In this document: piece after piece, positions 54,597 to 64,000 of the stretch
Layout of the letters: every line of letters starts with the position of its first letter
Numbering within the stretch: the first letter of the stretch is position 1
DNA from: Candidatus Kuenenia stuttgartensis
GTDB lineage: Bacteria; Planctomycetota; Planctomycetia; Pirellulales; UBA1268
Direction of reading: 5' to 3'
DNA length: 64,000 nt
Assembly (NCBI GenBank): GCA_945891385.1
Contig: CAMDDJ010000015.1
Span: 1,237 to 65,236, forward strand
Made by a program: the position numbers and the translations under genes
The notes under the pieces: model-generated
Seen by the model: only the letters and a program-made list of their open reading frames with translations
Told to the model about the DNA's origin: nothing
Database searches by the model: none

Positions 54597-55382
54597 TCAG
54601 GCAGCCTGCCGCTTCCGCCGCCGGCGAACCAGTTCGAGGCCGCCGGTCGTCACGATCGCGACCATGGCGAACGTGCCTGGCTCGGGCACAGCGACCGTAT
54701 AGGCATTGAGGCCCGGCCCCCCAGCGACCGTCGCGTACGACGTGTAGGGCCCGCCCCAACTCGTAATCGCCACGTTCGGATTGGCCAGCGAATCAACGGC
54801 ACTGTCGCCGCCGCCTCCGCCGGAGGAATACGCGTCGAAGTAGATCACGTCGCCGGGAATCAGGTTCATCGAGGCGAGCGGCACCGTCATGTTGATCTCG
54901 CTCGTCGTGCCACCCGTGAAGCTGAAGCTGGTGAGAGCCGAGGGACCAGCCCAGGTTGATGAGCCGTTGTCATAGGTCCAGAATTGAGCGCCACCACCGC
55001 CATCTACCCAGGTGCCGATCCAATGGTTCATTCCGATGATCTGAGTGGCGAAGGGATCATTGTCATACGAGAGATTGATCGGTCGGCCCCAGCCGTTGCC
55101 GTTGAACGCGCCTTCGGTCTTGCCGGTGGCGATTCCGACCATGAACTTGCCCCAGTCGGTCGTGGCCACATCGCCATTGACGGTCAGCTTGAAGTTGATG
55201 TCGGTCGTGGTGTTCGACACCTCCATCCCGGTGATGTCGATCGTCCCGTTGGCGGTCGAAATACCGGCATCGATGTCGCCAATCGCATCGGTATAGGGCG
55301 ACGTCGTACCTTCCGCCCCGAACGCGAACGGGACGCAGCCCCAGATGAGACAGCACAAGGCAAGAAGCGTGGAACGTCGCAT
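54597..55382 (-). CDS. PEP-CTERM protein (DOMON-like carbohydrate-binding fold possible)
   Basis: Signal peptide; DITGMEVSN..DINFKL..WGKFMVGI; VPEP-hydrophobic-RRRRK tail. Confidence 0.85.
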   Translation of the reverse strand: MRRSTLLALCCLIWGCVPFAFGAEGTTSPYTDAIGDIDAGISTANGTIDITGMEVSNTTTDINFKLTVNGDVATTDWGKFMVGIATGKTEGAFNGNGWGRPINLSYDNDPFATQIIGMNHWIGTWVDGGGGAQFWTYDNGSSTWAGPSALTSFSFTGGTTSEINMTVPLASMNLIPGDVIYFDAYSSGGGGGDSAVDSLANPNVAITSWGGPYTSYATVAGGPGLNAYTVAVPEPGTFAMVAIVTTGGLELVRRRRKRQAA

Positions 55383-55457
55383 GGGTGCAACCTCAAAAAT
55401 GTGTTGGGTTTGAGTTGTGGGATCGAACAACAGTGGGAAACCCCTGGGGAATCAAAA

Positions 55458-55472
55458 GCAAACCGTGTGCCA
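55458..55472 (-). promoter_or_regulatory. Sigma-54 promoter
   Basis: TGGCAC-ACGGT-TTGC. Confidence 0.8.
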
Positions 55473-55583
55473 TCTGATGTTCGGCTCATTTGAGGAAACG
55501 GCGCCTGCGCGCAAGTTCTTTCTGAGCAATGCCTTGCGCACGCATCTTCAATCCGCATCCCCTGCCGGGGGCAGTCCAGCATT

Positions 55584-55665
55584 TTCACTTTCTCGGTGAA
55601 ATCCTGGCGGGCGGATGCCGGCTCTTTCCCAAAAACCGGGTAATCACCTTCACAGAGAAGGTGAA
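55584..55665. promoter_or_regulatory. Two TTCAC-N7-GTGAA palindromes (candidate enhancer)
   Basis: 55584-55600 and 55649-55665. Confidence 0.6.
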
Positions 55666-55823
55666 AGAAACTCGGCCAGGGGAACGCGGTCGGCTCGACC
55701 TGGGCGGCGTTCCTCGCGAAGGCGGCTCCGCAGGCGGCAGGGCAGTTTGCCCCCGAGGAGGTGACGAGGTCAGACTGACGGTATGCGGGGGGAAGATTTG
55801 TGATCCGGATAAGGAATATCGCC

Positions 55824-56855
55824 ATGAACCAAGGTCATCCCAGCCTGGCGTGTCGTGTCCCGCTCGCGGGCAAATCCCTACAAGCGTCCTCCGGCCGCGA
55901 TGGTTTCACACTCGTCGAGTTGTTGGTGGTGATCGCGATCATCGCCACGCTCATCGGCTTGTTGCTGCCAGCCGTGCAGAGCGCTCGGGAGTCCGCCCGC
56001 CGCACCTCGTGCAGCAACAAACTCCGGCAGCTCTCACTTGGCACGTTGACCTACGAGAGCGCGAAGAAGAAGTTTCCCCAGAGCCGGCCGCCCTGGGCCG
56101 AGCCAGCGGGCGGCCCTGGCGCCTGCGACCGAACGAGCACCTGCACCGGCCGGGGCTGGATCCTCGAGACGTTGCCCTTTATCGAGGAGGGCTCGCTCTA
56201 CGAATCCTTCGCTCCATCGCTCAAGGGCAATGACTACGACCGCGGCGGGCTCAAGGTGGCCGCGGTGCGGTCGCTCCTCAAAGCGCCGCTCGCGATGCTG
56301 GCCTGTCCCAGCGACCCCGATGCAGCCATCCCGAGCATGGAGATGTTCAACTGGCGAAACATCCCGGTGACTGTTACCAGCTACAAGGGTGTACTCGGCG
56401 CGACCAAAGTCGGGGGAAGTTACGGCAGCATCTGGCCGCGGCATGACGACGAGCCCGGAGCGGCCGTCGACTGCCACAACAACACCCGTCAGTTGCCCTG
56501 CAAGGGGATCTTCTGGCGGCATACCTACATCTACCCGGTCCGGCTCTCGAGCATCGCCGACGGCACGAGCAAGACCTTTCTGATGGGCGAGTCGGTCGCC
56601 AAGCACGACTGGCACTCGGCGGCCTTCTACGCCGACGGCGACTGGGCGAGCTGCAACCTGCCGCTCAACTACCTACCGACGCCGCCTCAGCCCCAGAATT
56701 GGTGGAACGTGCGCGGATTTCGCAGCCTCCACCAGGGCGGAGCCCACTTTGCCCGGGCCGACGGCTCGGTGTCGTTCGTCAACGAAACGATCGACATGAC
56801 TCCCTACATGGCCATGGCGACCCGCAATCGGGGTGACGTCGCCGACACACCCTGA
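55824..56855 (+). CDS. DUF1559 prepilin-type / H-X9-DG protein
   Basis: [27 protein letters not shown]. Confidence 0.92.
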   Translation: MNQGHPSLACRVPLAGKSLQASSGRDGFTLVELLVVIAIIATLIGLLLPAVQSARESARRTSCSNKLRQLSLGTLTYESAKKKFPQSRPPWAEPAGGPGACDRTSTCTGRGWILETLPFIEEGSLYESFAPSLKGNDYDRGGLKVAAVRSLLKAPLAMLACPSDPDAAIPSMEMFNWRNIPVTVTSYKGVLGATKVGGSYGSIWPRHDDEPGAAVDCHNNTRQLPCKGIFWRHTYIYPVRLSSIADGTSKTFLMGESVAKHDWHSAAFYADGDWASCNLPLNYLPTPPQPQNWWNVRGFRSLHQGGAHFARADGSVSFVNETIDMTPYMAMATRNRGDVADTP

Positions 56856-56942
56856 CGTTCGCCCTGAACGCTCCCTCACTGCTTGGAGCGAGCCCTTGGG
56901 CTCGGATGTTCGATGCTTCGACCTGTCCTGGTTCTCTCCTCG

Positions 56943-57431
56943 ATGCCGATTGGGTGCCACTCGTGCTGCCTCGCTTCCAGCAGTCTCGCACTGGTCGTCC
57001 TGACGACGATTCTCGCTGCAAGCGGATGCAGCCGTCATCCGTCCAAGCTCACGGGAGAGGTGGTGCTCGACGGCAAGCCACTCACGACCGGCGTCATCAT
57101 GCTCTCCCCGGCTCGCACTGGGCCCTCTGCTTATGCCGAGATCAGGCCAGACGGCAGTTACGAACTCAAGACGGGTTCCGAGAAGGGGCTCGAACCCGGC
57201 GAATACGTGGTGACGGTTGCCGCCAACGCACCCGGCCCCGACCAGCCCGAGTCAGAGAACGGTGCCGCGCCCGCGATCCGGCCGCTGATGACGCCGCCAC
57301 AATATGCGGATGTCAGCACCTCGCCGCTGCGGATCACCGTGAAGCCCGGCAGTCAGAAGTGGACGATCGACTTAAAGACGGAGGCCGACGCGGCTCCCGA
57401 GCCGTCTCCGTCGGCAGGCGAAGCCGAGTGA
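56943..57431 (+). CDS. Lipoprotein, carboxypeptidase-regulatory-like domain (DUF1559 partner)
   Basis: ASGC lipobox; LTGEVVLDGKPL; PGEYVVTV; start uncertain. Confidence 0.78.
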   Translation: MPIGCHSCCLASSSLALVVLTTILAASGCSRHPSKLTGEVVLDGKPLTTGVIMLSPARTGPSAYAEIRPDGSYELKTGSEKGLEPGEYVVTVAANAPGPDQPESENGAAPAIRPLMTPPQYADVSTSPLRITVKPGSQKWTIDLKTEADAAPEPSPSAGEAE

Positions 57432-57595
57432 GCCCACGACCGCGGCAGCCCGGCGGCGAAAGAGCCGCCCCGTCCGGCGGAGACGGCCGCGGATTGCGGT
57501 GAGAATGTGGCGGGGGCTATGTTCCCTCGACCGTCCGATCGGCCTCCGGGGAACCGCCCCCGGCACCGTCGCGACTCCCGCCAGGTACGAAACTC

Positions 57596-58771
57596 TTGAA
57601 TTCCGACCGCACGACGCTGCTCACTGGGGCCACCGGACTGCTCGGCTCCTATCTGCTTCGCGACCTTCTCTTCGCGGAGCGGTCGGTCGCGGTGATCGCC
57701 CGGCCCACCCGTCGAGCGTCGGCCCATGAGCGGATTGAGACGCTCGTTCGCGGCTGGGAGTCGTCGCTCGGAATCGGCCTGCCACGACCGGTCGTGCTCG
57801 TCGGCGACCTCGACCGCCCCCTGTGCGGACTGGGCGGTGCCGATCTCGGCTGGGTGCGAGAGCACTGTGAGCAGATCGTGAACAATGCCGCCAGCCTGAC
57901 GTTTCGGGGCGTCGACCGCGATGCCGAACCGTGGAAGACGAACGTCGGCGGCACGGTCACCATGCTCGCGCTGGCCGAGGCGGCAGGAATCCGGCATGTC
58001 CATCATGTCTCGACCGCCTACGTGGCGGGCCTCCGCACCGGCATTGTTTTGGAGGACGACGGAAACGTCGGCCAAGAATTCGGCAACGACTACGAGGCCA
58101 GCAAGGCCGAGGCTGAGCTCCTGGTACGGGCCGCTCCGCACCTCGACACGGCGACGATCTACCGTCCTTCGATCATCGTAGGTGATTCTGCCACCGGGTA
58201 TACCTCGACCTACCACGGCTACTACGCGGCCCTGCGGCTTGGTCACACGCTGCTGACCCGCGTCTCACTGGGGTCGACCAGCGGCCGGGCGCTGCTCACC
58301 CTCCTCGGGATCGATGCCGACTCCCGCAAGAACTTCGTGCCCGTGGACTGGGTCTCCGCCGTGATCGCCCGGGGCATCGCCAGCCACTCGGCCCGAGGAC
58401 GCACCTACCACCTCACGCATCCCGAGCCGCTGGCGATGGAGTTCGTGGCGGAGGTGATCCAGGAGGCCGTGGAGTCCTATTCGGTGGCCGCGGCACCAGA
58501 TGCTCCGGACCTCTGTGATGAGCAGTGGTTTGCCGATCACCTGCGAGTGCAACTCGATCTCTACCAGCGGTACTTTCGCACCGACCCCAGCTTCGATCAC
58601 CCCAACACTTCCACGATCGCGGCCGACCTGCCCTGCCCTGCCCTTGACCGAGACACCCTGCTACGGATGTCGAAATACGCGATCCAGCACAACTTCGGCT
58701 GGTTTCCCCCAGATGCCGTGGTCACCGAACTGCCTCGGGCATCCAGCCGCCGAGGAACGCTCGCACACTGA
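57596..58771 (+). CDS. Extended SDR, fatty acyl-CoA/thioester reductase-like
   Basis: LLTGATGLLG, HVSTAYV, YEASK, RPSII, VPVD. Confidence 0.85.
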   Translation: MNSDRTTLLTGATGLLGSYLLRDLLFAERSVAVIARPTRRASAHERIETLVRGWESSLGIGLPRPVVLVGDLDRPLCGLGGADLGWVREHCEQIVNNAASLTFRGVDRDAEPWKTNVGGTVTMLALAEAAGIRHVHHVSTAYVAGLRTGIVLEDDGNVGQEFGNDYEASKAEAELLVRAAPHLDTATIYRPSIIVGDSATGYTSTYHGYYAALRLGHTLLTRVSLGSTSGRALLTLLGIDADSRKNFVPVDWVSAVIARGIASHSARGRTYHLTHPEPLAMEFVAEVIQEAVESYSVAAAPDAPDLCDEQWFADHLRVQLDLYQRYFRTDPSFDHPNTSTIAADLPCPALDRDTLLRMSKYAIQHNFGWFPPDAVVTELPRASSRRGTLAH

Positions 58772-58815
58772 ACGCACCGGGCCAGGCAGACTCGAGTCGC
58801 GGAGCTTCGGGCAGC

Positions 58816-59052
58816 TCAGCCGGCCATGGATCGGCGGCCGCTGCCACCGGTCGTCGGGCCGCGGGTGGCCTCGCCGATCAGCGTGCGGAGAATCTTGCGG
58901 GCGAGATTGGCTCCTCCGACGATACGCCCCTCGGTGTAGTCGTCGAGACCGTAGCCGGGACCCTGCTCGCGGGCCCGCTGCTCCTGCACCGCCTGCTGGC
59001 ACAGGCGTGCGATCTCATTGAGCTTGTCGTGGTCAAGGTTGTGGCGGGGCAT
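58816..59052 (-). CDS. Hypothetical protein
   Basis: Protein-like ORF MPRHNLDHDKLNEIARLC..., GC-rich third positions, GAGG upstream. Confidence 0.55.
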   Translation of the reverse strand: MPRHNLDHDKLNEIARLCQQAVQEQRAREQGPGYGLDDYTEGRIVGGANLARKILRTLIGEATRGPTTGGSGRRSMAG

Positions 59053-59280
59053 TGGACTGCAAGAGGCGCGGGTAGCCATAACAACGGCTCGAAACGATCA
59101 TGAACTTCATGTGAGGAAGTTTAGGCCGCATAACCGGCCCGGCCAGAGCCCTGTGACATTGCTGATCGCCCGGGGTCTCGCCATCGCGTACTGTTCGCTT
59201 GTGGAAACGCGGGCCACAAGGCTATCTTTTCCACAGGTTCGGCAGGGATGCCGACCGGCCGCAGCTGCCAGGAGGTCCGC

Positions 59281-60612
59281 ATGTCGGAAGCCCGCCCCAA
59301 GCTGTTCGTGCTCGACACGAACGTGATCCTGCACGACAGCGGCTGCATTCGGAATTTCGAGGAAAACGACATCGCGATCCCGATCACGGTGCTCGAGGAA
59401 CTCGACCAATTCAAGCGGGGCAACGAAGACATCCACTTCCAGGCGCGGGAGTTTCTGCGGCGGATCGATGCCCTCACCGGCGACGTGCTCTCCGCGGCAG
59501 GCAGCCCCCTCGGCCCGGGGCTCGGATCGATCCGCGTGGTGCTCGGCGGGTCTGCCCGCGATCTGCTCCACGAGTCGTTTCTGCAAGACACGCCCGACCA
59601 CCGGATTCTGCGGACCACGCTCGCGCTCCAGCAGGAACTCGCCCCGCGGGCGGTGATTCTCGTCTCCAAAGACACGAACTTGCGGATGAAGGCCAAGTCG
59701 CTCGGCCTTCGCGCCCAGGACTACACCTCCGACAAGGTGCAGGGCATCGAGAAGCTCTACACGGGCAGGCGCACGGTCGAAGGCATCGCATCGGAGGTTA
59801 TTGACGAGTTCTACGCGAGCGGCGGCGTGCTGTCGGCCGACAGACTGTCGCTCGAGCCTCCGCCGCTTCCCAACGAGAACTTCGTGCTCCGCAACGGCAG
59901 CAAGTCAGCCCTGGCCACCTTCCGGCGTGCGGACGGCTCCTTTCACCGCATCGAGAAGCAGACCTGCTACGGGATCACGCCCCGCAATGCCGAGCAGTCA
60001 TTCGCCCTCAAGGCCCTGATGGACGACGACATCAAGCTCGTCACGCTCTCGGGCACGGCCGGAACCGGCAAGACACTCCTCGCGCTCGCTGCGGCCCTCG
60101 AGCGGCGGCAGCAGTACCGTCAGATCCTGCTCGCACGTCCCGTGGTGCCGCTCTCCAACCGCGACCTTGGCTTTCTGCCGGGCGACATCACCGACAAACT
60201 CGACCCCTACATGCAGCCGCTGTACGACAACCTGACGGTGATTCGGCACCAGTGCGGCGAGGAGACGCAGGCCGCGAAGCGGATCGTCGAAATGCGGGAG
60301 TCGGAGAAGCTGATGATCACCCCCCTCGCCTACATCCGCGGCCGCAGCCTGCAACGGATGTTCTTCATCGTGGACGAGGCCCAGAATCTCACGCCCCACG
60401 AGGTCAAGACGATCATCACCAGGGCCGGTGAGGGAACGAAGATCGTGTTCACCGGCGACGTGGCCCAGATCGACCAGCCCTACCTCGACGCGCTCTCCAA
60501 CGGCCTCTCCTACCTGATTCACAGGATGATGGGACAGCCGATCTACGCGCACATCACGCTCGAGAAAGGTGAGCGGTCGGCCCTGGCCGATCTGGCCAGC
60601 GAGTTGCTCTAG
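59281..60612 (+). CDS. PIN domain-PhoH family ATPase
   Basis: [30 protein letters not shown]; GGAGG RBS. Confidence 0.93.
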   Translation: MSEARPKLFVLDTNVILHDSGCIRNFEENDIAIPITVLEELDQFKRGNEDIHFQAREFLRRIDALTGDVLSAAGSPLGPGLGSIRVVLGGSARDLLHESFLQDTPDHRILRTTLALQQELAPRAVILVSKDTNLRMKAKSLGLRAQDYTSDKVQGIEKLYTGRRTVEGIASEVIDEFYASGGVLSADRLSLEPPPLPNENFVLRNGSKSALATFRRADGSFHRIEKQTCYGITPRNAEQSFALKALMDDDIKLVTLSGTAGTGKTLLALAAALERRQQYRQILLARPVVPLSNRDLGFLPGDITDKLDPYMQPLYDNLTVIRHQCGEETQAAKRIVEMRESEKLMITPLAYIRGRSLQRMFFIVDEAQNLTPHEVKTIITRAGEGTKIVFTGDVAQIDQPYLDALSNGLSYLIHRMMGQPIYAHITLEKGERSALADLASELL

Positions 60613-60720
60613 ACGTTGATGAAACGTGTGAACGGCTGCGCTACACTGTGCCGGCCGGGAACACGCGGTAGAAACTGCCTGTGTCGATCATTCCTTTCCG
60701 CAACGTCGGATGCCGTGCCC

Positions 60721-61275
60721 ATGAACGTCGACACTCATCACGACTCGCTCCTGCGAGCGGCAATCCAGGATCGTCCGACCGTCACTGCAGCCGGCCAGCC
60801 CATGCGGCGGCTCACTGACGGTGTCAGGATCCGCCCCCTCCCCACCCATTTCGACCAGCGGGGATCCGTAACGGAACTCTACGACCCTCGCTGGAACTTC
60901 CACCCGGACCCCCTGGTGTTCGCCTATTGCTTCACGATCCGCCCAGGGTTCGTCAAGGGCTGGAATCTCCACCAGCGGCACGAGGATCGGTATGCGCTCA
61001 TCAAGGGAGAGCTGGAACTCGTGCTGTACGACTCTCGGGAGGGGAGCCCGACCTACAAGGAGATCTGCGTGATCCGAGTCTCGGAGAGCAGCCGTGTCTT
61101 AGTGACGGTGCCGATCAACGTCTGGCATGCAGACTTCAACGTCGGCTCCGAGGACCTGATCGTGGCGAACTTTCCCACCACTCCCTACGACCATGCCGAT
61201 CCCGACAAGTGGCGGCTGCCCATCGATACCCCGCTCATACCGTATTCGTTTCCCCCGGGTGTGCGGGGCGGATGA
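60721..61275 (+). CDS. dTDP-4-dehydrorhamnose 3,5-epimerase-like cupin
   Basis: DQRG, KGWNLH, LYDSR..SPT, VWH. Confidence 0.8.
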   Translation: MNVDTHHDSLLRAAIQDRPTVTAAGQPMRRLTDGVRIRPLPTHFDQRGSVTELYDPRWNFHPDPLVFAYCFTIRPGFVKGWNLHQRHEDRYALIKGELELVLYDSREGSPTYKEICVIRVSESSRVLVTVPINVWHADFNVGSEDLIVANFPTTPYDHADPDKWRLPIDTPLIPYSFPPGVRGG

Positions 61276-62159
61276 CCGTCACGCGGCCGAAGTTTTCGAT
61301 TCTCCTGCCGACGCATAATCGGTGCGACGTGCTGGGGCTTTCGATCGACTCGGTCCTGCGGCAGACCGAGACCGACTTCGAGCTCCTCATCGTCGCAGAC
61401 GGGTGCACCGATGACACCCTGGCAGTCGTTGCCGGGCGTGCCGATCCGCGGATTCGCCTGTTCGACCTGCCGAAGGCGGCGGGCTTCGGCTATGCGAACC
61501 GCAACCTCGCCCTCCGGGAGGCCCGGGGCCATTATGTGGCCTTCGCAGCCCACGACGACCTTTGGTTTCCTGATCACCTCGCCGTCCTCGGTGGAACCCT
61601 TGACCGCACGGGTGCTGAGTGGGGCTACAGCCAGCCACTCTGGGTTTCGACTGATGGGTATGTCCTCCCATACTTCACGAATCTGGGGCTCGCCGACGAG
61701 TTTCAGCTCTTCATGACCAACTCCAACACGATCCCGGCGCAGTGCGTGGTACACACCCGGCGGCTGCTGGAGCAGGTGGGGTATTGGCCGGAGGACGTTG
61801 CCGAGGCGGCCGATTGGCGGCTGTGGCAGCGGATGCTCAGGGCTTCCGCAGGCAAGGCCGTGTTTGTGCCGGTGGCCACCGGGCTCCATTTTTCGGCCCG
61901 CTGGCGGGAGTCCCGCGTGTCAGGAAGCGCTGACGGACAGGTTCTCGTCGCGGTCGCGGAGCGGGCTGCCTGGTGGCCGCAGGCTTTGAAACTGCACCTC
62001 GCCGGACACCAGACTGAGCAGTCGGCCGCCTGGGCGGTCTTGGTGGGCGAGGCCGACTGGGTTTCGGCGGTGCGTTTGGCTGTCTCCACCGTTGCCGGTC
62101 GGATCGCCTGGATGGCGGTGAGAAACCTGCTGCCGCAGGCGGTTGCCGCGCAGGGCTGA
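61272..62159 (+). CDS. GT2 glycosyltransferase
   Basis: FSILLPTHN, DGCTD, AHDD. Confidence 0.85.
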   Translation: MTVTRPKFSILLPTHNRCDVLGLSIDSVLRQTETDFELLIVADGCTDDTLAVVAGRADPRIRLFDLPKAAGFGYANRNLALREARGHYVAFAAHDDLWFPDHLAVLGGTLDRTGAEWGYSQPLWVSTDGYVLPYFTNLGLADEFQLFMTNSNTIPAQCVVHTRRLLEQVGYWPEDVAEAADWRLWQRMLRASAGKAVFVPVATGLHFSARWRESRVSGSADGQVLVAVAERAAWWPQALKLHLAGHQTEQSAAWAVLVGEADWVSAVRLAVSTVAGRIAWMAVRNLLPQAVAAQG

Positions 62160-62164
62160 CCTTC

Positions 62165-63316
62165 TCAGCGTAGGAGGGCATCAACGAGTACGGCGGCCCG
62201 ATGGACATCGTTGATGCCTAGGGCCGCGCCGTCGAAGGCAAGGAACACCCCGCCATCCTCGAGAACCTCGACTCCCGTGAGTTTCCGGTGTTCGCCGCTG
62301 AACCGCGGCGGCACGACGAACTGTCCGCCGTCGAGCCCATAGCGGTCGACGAGCCGCTGCGCGTCGGCTACGAGGTCGTCGTATCGCGCCGGATCTTCGT
62401 TGAGCTCCCCGAGAATGCCGTGCACGACGTCCGCCACATGAATCGGCTTGGTTGCAAGCTCCGCAAACTGACGGGTGGCCCGGAGCCGCACCGACGCGAG
62501 ATGGATCGCAAGGGCCGTCGAGTCGCCCAGTTCAGGTTCGGCAAGGGGGCGCCGCATGCCCCGGAGAAAATCCTCGGAAAGCTGCCGGCCGGCCTGCTTG
62601 CTGCGGAACGAAACACCGGAACTCGAGGCGGAGAGCCCTCGGATCGAGAGGGGCCGCTCGACCAGCACAGCCGACGTCGCCATGATGCCGGTGACGATCC
62701 CCGAGGAGACGTCTGCCACCTCGTCGCAGAAGTAGCTACCGGTCCGATGTCTGACCCGCTCGAGCAGGCTCCGAGCGACGAACCCGTTGTAGATCGAGGG
62801 AAGCCGCTCGAATAGCCACAGGTTTCGCGGTTCATCGAAGAAGCGGTCGACATACTCCCTGGCGTTGACCCTCCTCGCCGTCTTCGGATTGGCACGGACA
62901 TAGACCATCTGCCGCTTGTGCGGTAGCAACGCATCGGGCCACCAGTAGATGTGCGGAAACCAGAAGAACACCTCGGGCTGGGCGGAGGCCAGAAGGGTTC
63001 GGGCTACCTCGAGGGCATTCCGGCACAGTCCGTCGTCGTCACCGAGGATCGAGACATAGCGGCCGCGGCTGGCAGTCACGCAGTGTTCGAAATTGCCTCG
63101 CAGCCCCAATCTCTGCGGCGTGCGGAGGTAGCGCAGGCGGCCAGGCTGGCCCAGCCGCTCGACGACCGCCCTGATTCCGGGTGGGCCATGGTCGTCTGAG
63201 ACCAGGATCTCGAAGTCGTCCCCCGGCTGCTCCAGAACCGTGCGCAGGCTGGCCTCGAGGGCTTCCGGGTTGCGATAGGCGGGGATGCAGACGGAGAACT
63301 GTGGGATCACGGGCAA
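62165..63316 (-). CDS. GT2 glycosyltransferase
   Basis: FSVCIPAY, VSDD, LGDDD. Confidence 0.85.
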   Translation of the reverse strand: MPVIPQFSVCIPAYRNPEALEASLRTVLEQPGDDFEILVSDDHGPPGIRAVVERLGQPGRLRYLRTPQRLGLRGNFEHCVTASRGRYVSILGDDDGLCRNALEVARTLLASAQPEVFFWFPHIYWWPDALLPHKRQMVYVRANPKTARRVNAREYVDRFFDEPRNLWLFERLPSIYNGFVARSLLERVRHRTGSYFCDEVADVSSGIVTGIMATSAVLVERPLSIRGLSASSSGVSFRSKQAGRQLSEDFLRGMRRPLAEPELGDSTALAIHLASVRLRATRQFAELATKPIHVADVVHGILGELNEDPARYDDLVADAQRLVDRYGLDGGQFVVPPRFSGEHRKLTGVEVLEDGGVFLAFDGAALGINDVHRAAVLVDALLR

Positions 63317-63557
63317 CCCTCACACCCTTTCGAGGATGCCGATTGGTGCAGCGCGAGTCGCACCGGCCTGCCGACCACACGCTCGCGAGCATCAACGGGC
63401 CGACACGGCGGGAGCCAAACTGCCGCCAGGCACAGCCCGCCAGAATACCGGGCAGACAAGTGGCCGCCAGCCGCGGATGAGGAGCAGAACAGTTTCCGGG
63501 CACAGGCCAGTTGCCGTGCCTACGCGGGAAACCGCAAGTTTGGCCGCCCCGACGCAA

Positions 63558-63622
63558 TGGGTGGAGCGATTTGCCCCGTGGGTGGAGCGATTTGCCCCAG
63601 TGGGTGGAGCGATTTGCCCCAC
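63558..63622. repeat. Three identical 20-bp units TGGGTGGAGCGATTTGCCCC (candidate enhancer array)
   Basis: 63558-63577, 63579-63598, 63601-63620; periods of 21 and 22 bp. Confidence 0.85.
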
Positions 63623-63703
63623 GTGCCCATGGCCCGTGCGGCTGTTTAGGGCCGAAATGGTCATTTGGTGCACGAAACCGCTGATTGGTGCATGAGCCCC
63701 ACG

Positions 63704-63718
63704 CGGCACGAGAGTTGC
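63704..63718 (+). promoter_or_regulatory. Sigma-54 promoter
   Basis: CGGCAC-GAGAG-TTGC, 60 bp upstream of the ATG at 63778. Confidence 0.7.
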
Positions 63719-63777
63719 GGGCTTAAGGCGGAAGGTGATCTGCCTCATCGAACCAATCGCCCAAGAGAACGTGCACC

Positions 63778-64000
63778 ATGGCCTGCCCCTCAATCCGCGC
63801 CCGGGTCGGGATCGCGAGACTCCGCTCCATCGCTGCTCTGATCGCATGGATGCTCGCAGGTCTTGCCGTCAGCCCTGCCCATGCCACACCGATCACGATT
63901 GACATGGTGACGGTCGGCAATCCGGGCAATGGCACCGACACGAGCGGCCGCCCAGACACTGCTGGCTTTGGCCGCGTGGACTACGCCTACCAGATCGGCA
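63778..64000 (+). CDS. Secreted FGE-sulfatase (SUMF1)-domain protein, partial (often PEP-CTERM)
   Basis: Manual translation ...SPAHA|TPITIDMVTVGNPGN...GFGRVDYAYQIG, the typical start of this family; runs off the window. Confidence 0.75.
   Translation, partial: MACPSIRARVGIARLRSIAALIAWMLAGLAVSPAHATPITIDMVTVGNPGNGTDTSGRPDTAGFGRVDYAYQIG

Noticed and set aside
55735-55750. Sigma-54 promoter for the DUF1559 gene at 55824
   Set aside because: GG-to-GC spacing is 11 rather than the required 10
63558-63622. Triple repeat as a mini-CRISPR array
   Set aside because: Spacers are only 1-2 bp and no cas genes are present; its position upstream of a sigma-54 promoter fits protein-binding sites better

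Overview
GC-rich bacterial DNA, very probably from a Planctomycete (three DUF1559 prepilin/H-X9-DG genes, PEP-CTERM proteins, a DUF6800-like protein, HEAT-repeat proteins). Bases 1-21.7 kb form an accessory sugar-utilisation region: glycoside hydrolase, oligogalacturonate lyase, LacI regulator, a galT/IMPase/GHMP-kinase operon divergent from an L-galactose/L-fucose-type oxidative operon, and DUF1559 modules. It is followed by tRNA-Ser(TGA) and core genes (clpB, dnaK, pheA, pdxJ, degP-like protease, rnc), a GH13/maltodextrin ABC locus, SMUG1, a carbamoyltransferase-SxtK/J-like-SGNH cluster flanked by PEP-CTERM genes, PIN-PhoH and glycosyltransferases. The strongest unannotated signal is regulatory: five near-consensus sigma-54 promoters, each with upstream palindromic boxes. 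Two box classes recur at distant loci (GTGGAGCGA-T-TYGCYCCAC phased at 21-22 bp; TTCAC-N7-GTGAA) and a third sits upstream of dnaK. All product calls come from motif recognition by eye; no database searches were run.
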